A stretch of 64,000 bases of DNA from positions 3,474-67,473 of the IMG/VR virus record IMGVR_UViG_3300005534_000012, one strand, 5' to 3'. This DNA comes from a virus. Shown here piece after piece: positions 18,965 through 28,443 of this stretch (its first letter is position 1; each line of letters begins with the position of its first letter). The notes beneath the pieces are model-generated. The model was given only the letters and a program-made list of their open reading frames with translations. It was not told where the DNA came from and searched no databases. The position numbers and the translations under genes are program-made.

Positions 18965-20556
18965 TACTTATTCGTCTCCTTGGCCTGGGGTCCGATTGGG
19001 GTGGAAAGGCGACCGCGCTTGGGTTTGCTCGAAGCCGTCTTACCGTCCGCCGAGGTTTCGAACTGAACACCCATCTCTCTCAGACGAGATTTGGAGTCTA
19101 GTTCGACCCGTTTCGCGCGCTCCTCACGGGTTTCGGTCTTTCCCGTTGCCACGAAAATCGTCTCGCGCACGACCTTTAGCGCTGAATAATCTAGTCCCGA
19201 AATCTCGGTGGAATAGGCTTTCCGGTCCTCGGGAGCCTTGAGTCCCTTTTTGATTGCGGTTTCGACACACTCATTCTGAAGGTCCGCAAGAATCTTGCGA
19301 CCCAGTTCAGCGGCCTCTTTGGCTTCGTTGACGGCCTCTGCCGCCTTATCTGTCACGGCTTTGATGGCCGATTCCGCCTGCTCGCGAACGCCCTTGAGCG
19401 TTTCCGCGTACTGGCCCTCGTCCATCTTGACCGTCTCGGTGTTGCCTTCGCGCTGGCAAACCGGGCATTTGCTCTCGCCGAACAGTTTGAACGCTGAGTT
19501 AGCAGACGCGGTCGCCACGGGGGCAATCGTCTTGTCGCGCTCCTCTTGGGCCTTCAGAAGTTCAGCCTCGGCCTTCTCCTGTGCGGTTTTGGCTTCGGCA
19601 GCCTTGGCCTCAGCGTCGGTTTTGGCTTTCTCAGCATCGGCGAGTTTGGCTTTCAGGGCCTCTTTCTCGTCATCGGGCTCGTCGTCGGCATCGGCCGCCG
19701 CTTTGCGAGCGGCTTCCTCGTCCTCAACCGCCTTCGCGACCGCCGCCTGGGCATCGGTCAACGCTTTTTGTGCGGCCTTGAGGTCTTCTGCCGCCTGCTC
19801 CTTAGTTTTCATAACAGCCTCCGAGAGTGATTTGAACGAGCCACCCAGCGCCTCGCGCAGGGACAAACGACGATACTTTCCTTCCTCGTCATCACTCATA
19901 ACATGAGCCACAACCGAGCCAGGAACAGCAACAGCCGACAATTCAAGGGGTTCGAACGCGCCCTTGGTCTTGACGATGGCCTCGATGCCTTCGTATTTTT
20001 CACCAGGATAGTGCTCGTTATTGCACGGGAATTTCTCACTGCAAATCGAGCAAACGGCTTCGGGAACCATGACGTGAATCGAAGACTCCCGCAGGAGTCC
20101 GGCGTCAAGTTTCTTGATGAACGACTCTATCTCGTCAGAGACGTTGCGAGCCGTATAGACATGCACGAGCGTTCCGGTCGTGCCCCAGGGCGTTTTGACA
20201 AGCGTCGAACGGTAGATTCGAGCATGCTGAGACGCCGCATTGAGCGCATGGTCAGCACTCCCTAGGAGGCTGCTCGCTGCGCTCGCGTTGAAAAGATACG
20301 GAATACCTTCCCACTTTTTCGCTGAGAGTCGCTGGCTTTGCGCGGTGTATTGGACCTTATTCCGCGTCGGCTCGTCGTCGATAGCGAGCACCGGGAATGT
20401 GTAAAGTTCGCCGCGCTCAAAAGGGCGTCGCGTATATTTGTTGATGAGCGCCAATTCCTCGTCGGAAATGGCTTTGCCCGTGCGGGCTCCCTCGGCGAAA
20501 ATCGTCGCTGGGAGAACGCTATTGTGGATAGTTTCCCAAAAGTTTTCGATGCGCAT
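18964..20556 (-). CDS. Prohead protease fused to scaffold domain
   Basis: LALINKYT, ADH, ESSI, CSIC, and ELSAVAVP motifs. Ala/Glu/Lys coiled-coil C-terminal half. Confidence 0.85.
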   Translation of the reverse strand: MRIENFWETIHNSVLPATIFAEGARTGKAISDEELALINKYTRRPFERGELYTFPVLAIDDEPTRNKVQYTAQSQRLSAKKWEGIPYLFNASAASSLLGSADHALNAASQHARIYRSTLVKTPWGTTGTLVHVYTARNVSDEIESFIKKLDAGLLRESSIHVMVPEAVCSICSEKFPCNNEHYPGEKYEGIEAIVKTKGAFEPLELSAVAVPGSVVAHVMSDDEEGKYRRLSLREALGGSFKSLSEAVMKTKEQAAEDLKAAQKALTDAQAAVAKAVEDEEAARKAAADADDEPDDEKEALKAKLADAEKAKTDAEAKAAEAKTAQEKAEAELLKAQEERDKTIAPVATASANSAFKLFGESKCPVCQREGNTETVKMDEGQYAETLKGVREQAESAIKAVTDKAAEAVNEAKEAAELGRKILADLQNECVETAIKKGLKAPEDRKAYSTEISGLDYSALKVVRETIFVATGKTETREERAKRVELDSKSRLREMGVQFETSADGKTASSKPKRGRLSTPIGPQAKETNK

Positions 20557-20564
20557 GACTGACG

Positions 20565-20582
20565 AAGAAAATAGTCATGCGA
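20565..20582 (-). promoter_or_regulatory. Putative late promoter (partial match)
   Basis: TCGCATGACTATTTTCTT just upstream of an SD-less ATG. Confidence 0.45.
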
Positions 20583-20592
20583 CGAGACGAGA

Positions 20593-20766
20593 TTAGGCGG
20601 GAGCGGGCTGAGGGGGTACGGACTCTACAACTTGGCCGTTTTGGATGGTATTTAAGCGTCGGCAGTGTTTATTCGGGCATTTGACCTGAAGTGTCAGTTC
20701 AGCCACCAGGGCTCCCTGAAACTTCAGGTTTATGCGGTTGCAGTTGGGACAGCGAACCTCTATCAC
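20593..20766 (-). CDS. Mu Com-like zinc-finger protein
   Basis: GTG start overlapping the upstream TGA. EVRCPNCNR...QVKCPNKHCRRLN matches the Com-family pattern. Confidence 0.7.
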   Translation of the reverse strand: MIEVRCPNCNRINLKFQGALVAELTLQVKCPNKHCRRLNTIQNGQVVESVPPQPAPA

Positions 20767-22091
20767 GTCAACCGCGATTCGTAACGCTTCCCGTTGTAGA
20801 AGGCCGACCCGTTGACGATACGGACAGGAGTAAGGTCGAAATCGTTGGGACCGCCGTCTTCGAGGTACGTCACGACGAGCATCCCCTGTTGCCAATTCTG
20901 ACGAACTCCAACGGCAGGGATTGCACTGCGCATTCGTCGCTGGCGGATGTTGTCCACGGGTTCGTCGACTCGACATAGGCATCCCACGCCAATACGACCT
21001 CGTTCGACCTTTTCACCAAAAAGGTGAACAGTCCGCCATTCCATTTCGCGTCGGTGGTTGTCCCCGTAGATGATAGTGGCTCGTTCTTCAGAAACTTTTG
21101 AAGGCTGATGTTGGAAGGCCAGATACGGAGCGAGGCGGACAACACCTCCGGGCCACGCCGCCGAATATCGAATTCCCATCTCGTCCAATCCGAGGAGCAT
21201 TGGAACAGAGTGGATGGGCCACGCATCCGGTTTCTCCTTACCCTCAAGCCACGCTCTTTTGATGCCATGCGCTGCAAGAGCGTTTTTGATGATGAGGTTC
21301 GGAAGACGCGCTTCGTGGTTGCCTTCGCAATAGTCCTGCTGGACCTGTGGACCACAGGCAGATTTTTTCTCGGCCAACCAGCGCTTCGTCCGATTTAGTG
21401 TCATCTGGGTCGTCCGCTGGAATTCCGCCTGCTGTGGATACTTGGGCTGCCATTCGGCGAGGTCCATCACGTCGCCGCCCTCAATCGAGCGGTCGGGGCG
21501 GATATCGTGGCAGATTTGCAACACGACATCCATCGCATGCTCGTCATGGAACGTCTCATACGAAGTCGCGGGGATGGATTCTTCGCCTATCTCGTCACGC
21601 CAGTAGCCGATTTGGTTGTCGGCCGTGATGACGGCGACCTTGAGATTCTCGGGGCGGATGCGAGCCTTTCCCGTATAGCGGATAACGGCAGGCGGAGCGG
21701 GTTGGACAACAGGCCATTTCGGGCCATCCTTCCATGTCGGTTCGAAGACGACCGACATATTCGGAAGGTCAACGGTCTGAATTTTGTTGTCTTCGTCCTT
21801 GATGAACCCTCGATGGGTTCCAATGCGGACCTTCTTGATGTCGCCGACCGCATCCGGGTCGATGTTGTTCTTAGCCAGCAAATCCATGATGTGCTGCGAC
21901 TTGCGAAGCAAATCATCACCGTTGCCCAGCGTGTCAACCTGACGGGGGCCAACGATTTTATTCAATCGCTGTTTAACAGTGGAGGCTGCGAGTCCAAGGT
22001 GACGGGCTAGGGCTGCTGCGTTATTCTTGTGTTCCTTCAGTAACGCTTTCAAAGACTCGTCCGACAAGTTTGCGAGTATCGTCTTCGACAC
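20763..22091 (-). CDS. Calcineurin-like metallophosphoesterase with N-terminal HTH
   Basis: ADNQIG, GGDVMD, GNHE, and GDNHR motifs. N-terminal ALARHLGLAASTV. Confidence 0.75.
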   Translation of the reverse strand: MSKTILANLSDESLKALLKEHKNNAAALARHLGLAASTVKQRLNKIVGPRQVDTLGNGDDLLRKSQHIMDLLAKNNIDPDAVGDIKKVRIGTHRGFIKDEDNKIQTVDLPNMSVVFEPTWKDGPKWPVVQPAPPAVIRYTGKARIRPENLKVAVITADNQIGYWRDEIGEESIPATSYETFHDEHAMDVVLQICHDIRPDRSIEGGDVMDLAEWQPKYPQQAEFQRTTQMTLNRTKRWLAEKKSACGPQVQQDYCEGNHEARLPNLIIKNALAAHGIKRAWLEGKEKPDAWPIHSVPMLLGLDEMGIRYSAAWPGGVVRLAPYLAFQHQPSKVSEERATIIYGDNHRREMEWRTVHLFGEKVERGRIGVGCLCRVDEPVDNIRQRRMRSAIPAVGVRQNWQQGMLVVTYLEDGGPNDFDLTPVRIVNGSAFYNGKRYESRLT

Positions 22092-23703
22092 CGGGGTCCT
22101 CCATTACGCGCTGAAGCAAAGACAATGCCTCATGGCGCTTGCCTTTCGGTCGCTTATCGGGCGTCGGGGCTGACCGATTCTTCCCCTTCGGACCTTTTTT
22201 GCTGTCACCAACCTTCGTATTGACGGGCTTCTTCGCGACAGGCGTACCGTCTGGATTGACCTTATTCGGGTCAACTTGCGGCGGTAACGCCTCGGGGGCC
22301 GCAGCCTTATCGACCGGACCACCCTTGAACCCGCGCGTGGCATGGCGAGCCCCGGTGTCTTGGTCTATGAATCCGGCCTGCACCGCCGCCGCGCCGTTCG
22401 AGATATTGTATTCGTTGGTCCGCGCTTGTGCCTCAGCACCTTCGGTGTCGTGGTCCTTGAACGTCATAGTCGCGTGGTCATCGAGGTGACGCAGTTTGGC
22501 GAACTGCTTCAACGCAGGCGTCAGCATGACAGTGACGCGCGTTCGGATGTATTCCACAAGCGACTGTGAGACTTGCCATTGCAACTGCGCCATGATGGGG
22601 TTGACCGTTGTGTCGCGCCCAAGCGGACCCGGCGACATCCCGAGCACGGGCCAGAACTGGTCTTCGATATGTTTCTGGGCCGATGTCGGGTCAATCTGGT
22701 GCCCCGACGGTCCCGCATACTCAAGTTTGGCGTCAGGCGTATGCAAAAACGAGTCAGTCGGATTGAGCGCGGCAATCTTCGTATTGAGGTCTGCCATCGC
22801 CTCATTGACTTGCTCTTGTGTCTGCTGCTCCTCGGGAACGTATGTGATATTGAGGCGCGGAACGTGCTGGTGCAGCATCTCCGCGACATCCTTTTCCATC
22901 TGCAACTTGATTTTGGTCACAAACGGCAACGATGCCATCGGTGGCTTGCCATAGGCATACCACGAATCGGTGTTGCACAGCCCGCAAAGAATCTCGTCTT
23001 TGTCGAAGAACGTCGGAGTCGTCGGCACTCCCCCGAAAATGAACTCGCTCGGGCGATGCAGGAGTTGGATGTAACCCTGAACATTGAGGTCCTTGTCACG
23101 CAATTTTCGAATCGCCGTCGCGCGAATCGGACGGAACGTGATTTTCGGACCATTCTCCGGGTCGATGACGACGACCGGAGCGCGATATGAATTCGCCAGC
23201 GTCAGCAGTTCGAACGTGACCGAGCGAACGACCTCGCTAAAATCAACTTCGGGGTCTTCTATCATGCCTTCTTGAAAGGCTTCTTGGATTTCAGGGTCGG
23301 GATGCTGAAGCGCGAACCCTTCGACGATGAGATTGGCAACGGTGTTGAACGTGCCAGAAATCATCGTGACCGAGTCACGCATTTCTTCCATGAAGGCTAG
23401 GTCGTGGAGAAGCGGCTCCCAATACCAACCATACGCCATCCACAACTGTTGTTCAGCGGCCTGACCGCCGAGTAGCGCCCCCTTGGGAATCTGAAGTTTT
23501 TTACCCGGGCCAGTCTTCGCATCAGCGGCTTGCTTGATTTCGTAAAAGCGTTCGCCCGTCAGTTTCTTGAGGGTCTTGTCGAGGTCGCGCAAAAGCGACT
23601 CGTCACGCGAGTGCCCATAGGGCCGAATCTGCGTCTCAAGGTGACTACGACCCTTCGGTATGCGCTTAGGGTTCTTTGGGCCACGTTCAACACGGGTGTT
23701 CAT
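22021..23703 (-). CDS. Portal protein
   Basis: 560 aa between the terminase and protease genes, with a YAYGKPP motif. Confidence 0.8.
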   Translation of the reverse strand: MNTRVERGPKNPKRIPKGRSHLETQIRPYGHSRDESLLRDLDKTLKKLTGERFYEIKQAADAKTGPGKKLQIPKGALLGGQAAEQQLWMAYGWYWEPLLHDLAFMEEMRDSVTMISGTFNTVANLIVEGFALQHPDPEIQEAFQEGMIEDPEVDFSEVVRSVTFELLTLANSYRAPVVVIDPENGPKITFRPIRATAIRKLRDKDLNVQGYIQLLHRPSEFIFGGVPTTPTFFDKDEILCGLCNTDSWYAYGKPPMASLPFVTKIKLQMEKDVAEMLHQHVPRLNITYVPEEQQTQEQVNEAMADLNTKIAALNPTDSFLHTPDAKLEYAGPSGHQIDPTSAQKHIEDQFWPVLGMSPGPLGRDTTVNPIMAQLQWQVSQSLVEYIRTRVTVMLTPALKQFAKLRHLDDHATMTFKDHDTEGAEAQARTNEYNISNGAAAVQAGFIDQDTGARHATRGFKGGPVDKAAAPEALPPQVDPNKVNPDGTPVAKKPVNTKVGDSKKGPKGKNRSAPTPDKRPKGKRHEALSLLQRVMEDPGVEDDTRKLVGRVFESVTEGTQE

Positions 23704-23710
23704 GTCGACT

Positions 23711-23728
23711 TAGAAAGTAGCCGAGCCG
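23711..23728 (-). promoter_or_regulatory. Putative late promoter (partial match)
   Basis: CGGCTCGGCTACTTTCTA upstream of the SD-less portal ATG. Confidence 0.4.
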
Positions 23729-23729
23729 A

Positions 23730-25523
23730 CTACCGAGGCTTGAACCCCATAAAATTCGGGGAACGCTCCCGCAAGAGGGGCATCTGGGCGACCCAATATG
23801 CGGCTCCGGCCATCGCGTCGATAACGTCTTTCGAGCCGCCCAGCGGGTGGTCGATTTTCTTGCCGTTCTGAATCCGAAGCGAACGCCACTCCCGGTAGCC
23901 AACGCAGACGGGCGAAGGGTCCTCGTCGTTGAGTGGGTCGCCGTCCGGGTAGATGAAACAGCGACCGTCCATGACGAATTCTTTGAACGTGTCGTGAACC
24001 TCGGTGTTCCGGTCTACGGAAAGTAGTTTGACGATGTCTTCTTCCTTGATTTTCTTATCGGGGTCTTGCCAGCGGTCGCGAACCTGACGTTTCCCGAGGA
24101 CCTTGTCCATGATTTGCCGGGAATCGACCGACTGCCAGCCGTCATACGACAACGCCCAAATCTTGTGACCCCGCTGTTGGATAGCCTGGACGTACTCACG
24201 AATGTCGCCGAAGTTGATTTCCTTCTCACCCTCGGTCGGGGCGAACTGTTTGATGAGCGTGAAAACGCACGTCGGGCGCTCTATCGGCAACCACAGGTCC
24301 TGAGAGCGGCCACAGGCGATACACGCCTGCGCCTCACGGAAGTTGAATTGGTTACACGGACAGCGCTTCACCGTGACGGGATTTCCCTGCCGCGCCATCG
24401 CGAAGCCGCACTTGTCCTTATTCAAGCCAAGGTCGATATGGATAGCATAGAAACGCGCCGGGAGCCCGTAGAACGTATTTTCGAACTGCCCATACTCGTT
24501 GTATGGTTTCGTCAGCCCGAGTTTCCCGCCAGCCGCGATAGCCTTCAGGTAGAACTCAGGAGACTTGATGTATCCGTCAACGGCAAACGGCGGGTCACAC
24601 TCATACATCGCCCGAGCCATTTCGGGGTTGCGGGCGTAGTCTACGTCGAAGTCTGATTTCTTAACGCGCGGGTTGACCTCCCACGTCGCTAATGGGCCGC
24701 TCGTCCAGCCCCAAGTCGTATTCTCGTTCTCCTTACGCTTCGTTTGAGTAAAGTCGTTGATATAGCGAGGGTAGGAGATAATGACCAATTTACCCACGCC
24801 AGGAAATCGAGAGTTAATGCTAGTGCGAAGAACTCGATAAATGGCATCGGCGGCTTTCTCCGTTTTCTGCCCCTCGGCTTTATTCATGGCTCGAACGACA
24901 TTGGTGTCCTTGAACGCCGACGCTTCGTCCATGACGGCGTAATACATGTTCTTGCCTTCAACCGCATCGCCGTCAGCAGCGGCTGAGATGAATTCTATCT
25001 CGTGGTCGAATTTGATGATGGTCGACTGGATGTCATATTTGCCTTGGAACCATTTCGACCCACGAAGCAATCCCTTGACCTGATTGAGATAGACGCCCTT
25101 CGCTTGGTCTTTGACGTAAGCGACGTTCACGAGTTGGAATCCGGTATTGGGAGCGAGCCCGTAATAAGCATACGGGTCCTTCAGGCACAACAATGAGTAC
25201 GTCTGGCGCAGTCCCCCGAGCGCAGACAGGAAATCCTTGCCAGAACCCTTGCCCCACTCGGCGACGAATTCAATCTTCTGGTTCGTTCGCGGGTCGATGT
25301 CGTCCATCGCCTCCAGCATACCGAACTGCTTATCAGACAATGTGACGCCAGATGCCGACCGATGGGGATTCAACCCCATGTATTCACGGTCGTACAACCA
25401 AACGTCAAGCGGGGCGCGTTCTTCTGCCCACGTATCGGAGAAATGGACCGAGGGCGGTGGAAGCGACTCGAACCAATCGTCTATCGTGGTTAGAAGCAGA
25501 GGGTTAGACGGTTCTTTTGGCAT
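23730..25523 (-). CDS. Terminase large subunit
   Basis: Walker A GKGSGKD, Walker B AVMDE, and nuclease motifs HIDLG, YDGWQS, DHP..GSKDVIDA. Confidence 0.95.
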   Translation of the reverse strand: MPKEPSNPLLLTTIDDWFESLPPPSVHFSDTWAEERAPLDVWLYDREYMGLNPHRSASGVTLSDKQFGMLEAMDDIDPRTNQKIEFVAEWGKGSGKDFLSALGGLRQTYSLLCLKDPYAYYGLAPNTGFQLVNVAYVKDQAKGVYLNQVKGLLRGSKWFQGKYDIQSTIIKFDHEIEFISAAADGDAVEGKNMYYAVMDEASAFKDTNVVRAMNKAEGQKTEKAADAIYRVLRTSINSRFPGVGKLVIISYPRYINDFTQTKRKENENTTWGWTSGPLATWEVNPRVKKSDFDVDYARNPEMARAMYECDPPFAVDGYIKSPEFYLKAIAAGGKLGLTKPYNEYGQFENTFYGLPARFYAIHIDLGLNKDKCGFAMARQGNPVTVKRCPCNQFNFREAQACIACGRSQDLWLPIERPTCVFTLIKQFAPTEGEKEINFGDIREYVQAIQQRGHKIWALSYDGWQSVDSRQIMDKVLGKRQVRDRWQDPDKKIKEEDIVKLLSVDRNTEVHDTFKEFVMDGRCFIYPDGDPLNDEDPSPVCVGYREWRSLRIQNGKKIDHPLGGSKDVIDAMAGAAYWVAQMPLLRERSPNFMGFKPR

Positions 25524-25692
25524 GTTCGAGGCAGGCTTCCCCTATAATCCCGAAAACAATACGGAGGAGAATGGCTGGAACCAATATCCACCACGAGTGA
25601 TACCAAACTCCCACGAGAAATGTAAACGTCAGAAAGACGTTCACCGCTCCGACAAAACCTGTCAGCAATGCTGCTGCGGCCTGATGAGTCAT
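25504..25692 (-). CDS. Small membrane protein
   Basis: Two hydrophobic segments (MTHQAAAALL...). ATGA-coupled to the upstream ORF. Confidence 0.5.
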   Translation of the reverse strand: MTHQAAAALLTGFVGAVNVFLTFTFLVGVWYHSWWILVPAILLRIVFGIIGEACLEHAKRTV

Positions 25693-25934
25693 TTTGTGTC
25701 TCCATCCACAAGGCGAGTATGATGCCCAACGCGAGAACATATAGGGCCGCCCATCCCAGCGTCTTGAGCATCTTCAAACGCTGTTTCGGCATCGAAACTA
25801 TCGAGTGGCGATGGGCGAGCAAGTATAAGGCCCAAGACCGCCCCCAAGAAGAAGGTCCCGATAGCAGTCATATAACCGATGAGACTTACGGTCCCGCTCG
25901 ATATACACGGTATAACGAAAAGTAAGAGGCTCAT
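25689..25934 (-). CDS. Small membrane protein
   Basis: Hydrophobic N-terminal half. Confidence 0.45.
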   Translation of the reverse strand: MSLLLFVIPCISSGTVSLIGYMTAIGTFFLGAVLGLILARPSPLDSFDAETAFEDAQDAGMGGPICSRVGHHTRLVDGDTK

Positions 25935-26092
25935 AGGGAAACGCCACTCCCGCGAGTTCGTACTCGCAAAGATGCCTTAGGGATGAAACGCAGGGACTGC
26001 TTTTGCTAATCCCGCTTGACCCGGGCGGCACACCGACATTGACCAAAATCCATCCGGCAAGCAACCCGACGATAAAAATGAGAAACAGCGAC

Positions 26093-26746
26093 CTAAACGG
26101 CATTTTCTGTCTCCTTGTATTCAGCATCAATAACGTCTGTCGGGGGCGGTAACGCTACGGGCTCTGCTTTCTTGAACTTCCCGCGCAGCGCCGCAATCGC
26201 ATCGTAAATCTTCCCATATAGTTCAGGCGACTGTTCCCGCACGATTTCAAGAATCGTGTTCTGCGTCGTCTGGTAGAACTGCACATTGAAGTTGATGCTT
26301 GTCTTCTCACCGACGAGTTTGAGCAGTTCGGCCCGCTGTTTTGAGATTTGGCTGAGTTGCGAAATGATGACCGGGACGTATCCCGGACGCTGCATCCCGG
26401 TCAGCGGTTTCCCAGTCTGCTCGCCCGTTTCAGGGTCCCGCTCATATATCGGTTCGCCTTGACTATCCACCCGAACGACGATTTTGGTCGCCCAATCGAG
26501 CATCTCGTTCAGATTATCGGCATAGGCGTCCAGTTTGCGCAGTTCTTCATGCGTTCTGGCGACGAAGTCTTTGATGAACTGCTCGTCGGGAACCCCGTCG
26601 CGCATCCGCAATTCGATATATTTGACATCGGCCCGGATGGTATCGGGGGAACACCCAAGTTTTTCGGCAATCCGGGGAACGGTATATCCCCGGGCATACC
26701 ATTTAGAGACGGCCTTCAGCCGCTCAACAACGTCGTAGTTGGGCAT
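26093..26746 (-). CDS. Putative terminase small subunit (HTH)
   Basis: GYTVPRIAEKLGCSPDTIRAD HTH and RAELLKL. Upstream of the large terminase. Start re-called at MPNYDVV. Confidence 0.7.
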   Translation of the reverse strand: MPNYDVVERLKAVSKWYARGYTVPRIAEKLGCSPDTIRADVKYIELRMRDGVPDEQFIKDFVARTHEELRKLDAYADNLNEMLDWATKIVVRVDSQGEPIYERDPETGEQTGKPLTGMQRPGYVPVIISQLSQISKQRAELLKLVGEKTSINFNVQFYQTTQNTILEIVREQSPELYGKIYDAIAALRGKFKKAEPVALPPPTDVIDAEYKETENAV

Positions 26747-26809
26747 ACCCATAAAGTAGGAAGGTGTGAATGTCCGACGAAGTGACGATATATATGTGGG
26801 GACACAACC

Positions 26810-27004
26810 ATGCTGAAGAACCGTGGTCAAATCAAGCACATCCTCGACGACTTCGAAAAGCAGACCGGAAAACGACTGTCAAATCTCGACGAGGAACTTG
26901 AGGGAGAGCCTCCCGTCGCTCCAAAAGGCCGACCGAAAGGAAGCAAGGACCGTGACAATCGCAAGCGCCGTATATCTCATCTGCCGAGGGTGCAAGGTCG
27001 GTAA
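26810..27004 (+). CDS. Small basic protein with AT-hook-like KGRPKGSK
   Basis: 64-aa ORF divergent from the terminase genes. Confidence 0.45.
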   Translation: MLKNRGQIKHILDDFEKQTGKRLSNLDEELEGEPPVAPKGRPKGSKDRDNRKRRISHLPRVQGR

Positions 27005-27731
27005 ACGCTATTCCATTGAGGATGAGTCTTCAATGGCGAACTCAGACTTTGGGGAAAAACACCGTCTGCACGATGGCGGCGTAGACATGGTCACTGAGGA
27101 AGTCTTTGTAACGGAACAGATGAACGATGGCTATTCAGACCTTGACGGCATTGCTAAGGCGTTGCCATTATACCGAAAGGCGGGACAGCCTGGACTGTCC
27201 CCAAGCGGCGTTCCTGCTCCATTTGGCGTACCTGCGAAAGTAACGCCACGACCTCATGCTACCGTCAACACCGCACCTCCCATCACGCTCGACAGTCGAC
27301 CGTCATGGGACGAGTATTTCCTCAATCTCGCCGCAGTCGTCGCAACGCGAGGAACTTGCTCTCGACTACAAGTGGGCGCGGTTCTGGTCAGTAAGGACCG
27401 TCGCATCTTGTCAACCGGATACAACGGAGCCCCCGCAGGCACTCGTCACTGCAATCACACACCAGATGGTGGTGATTTAGACAGCGGACATTGCTCTATC
27501 GCTGAACACGCAGAAGGGAACTGCCTACTCTACTCTGACTTTACGGCGCGGCAAGGTGCGACGATGTATCTGACGTGCCAACCGTGCTTACGGTGTTGTC
27601 GGCAGATGGTGACATCGGGGGTGACGCGGGTGGTATTCCGGGCGCGATATGGAGCATCGCTTGACCCGATTGAACGGCTATGTGCGGAGGCAGGGGTCCA
27701 TTTGGTGCACGTCGCTTCGCCCACCACTTAG
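26952..27731 (+). CDS. dCMP deaminase (ComEB-like) with N-terminal extension
   Basis: RPSWDEYF, STGYNGAP, HAE, and PCLRC motifs. The start (GTG with AAGGA) is uncertain. Confidence 0.9.
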   Translation: MTIASAVYLICRGCKVGKRYSIEDESSMANSDFGEKHRLHDGGVDMVTEEVFVTEQMNDGYSDLDGIAKALPLYRKAGQPGLSPSGVPAPFGVPAKVTPRPHATVNTAPPITLDSRPSWDEYFLNLAAVVATRGTCSRLQVGAVLVSKDRRILSTGYNGAPAGTRHCNHTPDGGDLDSGHCSIAEHAEGNCLLYSDFTARQGATMYLTCQPCLRCCRQMVTSGVTRVVFRARYGASLDPIERLCAEAGVHLVHVASPTT

Positions 27732-27806
27732 CAACCCATCCGGCGACCAATGAAAACGCCGCGCTTTCTACATAACTGAAAGCCGTCGATTCAATCATAT
27801 TCTTCA

Positions 27807-27941
27807 TCAGAACTCTGTTTCCTCACACCCATCGTCAACGATAGATTCAATTTCTCCCACTTCGTCCTCTAACTGGTCACACAATACACATGCGCACCCG
27901 ACTTTATGAAATTTTTGGGGCTTACTCGCATACCCGCACAT
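27807..27941 (-). CDS. Small Cys-rich acidic protein (44 aa)
   Basis: GGAGG SD. Sequence MCGYASKPQKFHKVGCACVLCDQLEDE..., below the ORF-track size cutoff. Confidence 0.45.
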   Translation of the reverse strand: MCGYASKPQKFHKVGCACVLCDQLEDEVGEIESIVDDGCEETEF

Positions 27942-27997
27942 AGTCCGTCCTCCGGGAAATTGGCTCTTAGAGAGCCTAACCGGACTAGGTGACGGGC

Positions 27998-28264
27998 CTA
28001 CCCCTCGTCGTTTTTAGCGAACCGAGCGAGTCCTATTTCCGTCAGGCGGTATTTCGGGTGCTGACGGGTCAATTTCGTAGAATGGAATTCTAACAGCCCC
28101 TTCTCGACGAGGCGACGAAGGGCGCATCGGGTAGCGTTGTCAGTCGCCTGCAAATCTTGCTCTGGGTGGTCGTTGAAAAACTCGGCGATTTCACGCGCAG
28201 ATTTGTCTGGATTTTCGTGGACGTATGCAAACAGAGCGGTTTGCCGAGCATTCAGGTCGCTCAT
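27998..28264 (-). CDS. Winged-helix DNA-binding protein
   Basis: SAREIAE...ALRRLVEKGLL...YRLTEIG. Confidence 0.75.
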   Translation of the reverse strand: MSDLNARQTALFAYVHENPDKSAREIAEFFNDHPEQDLQATDNATRCALRRLVEKGLLEFHSTKLTRQHPKYRLTEIGLARFAKNDEG

Positions 28265-28394
28265 GATTCTCCCTTGATTGTTTCTTTGGCAATTTCTTCA
28301 AGCAACAGCCTGCGCCGAAAGTCAGCACACATTTCGAAAAGTTCTTCGTACCAAACCATTGCTCCGCATAATATAGTCGTGTCGTCCAACGCGA

Positions 28395-28412
28395 CGACTA
28401 GACTAGATTCTT
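28395..28412 (+). promoter_or_regulatory. Putative late promoter
   Basis: CGACTAGACTAGATTCTT upstream of the structural cassette. Confidence 0.55.
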
Positions 28413-28443
28413 GCTTGTCACCATCTCGCTCAGGAGACAAGCA

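Noticed and set aside
25504-26130. Lysis cassette (holins) between the terminase genes
   Set aside because: The ORFs are small and hydrophobic, but no endolysin is recognisable nearby, so a function cannot be supported.
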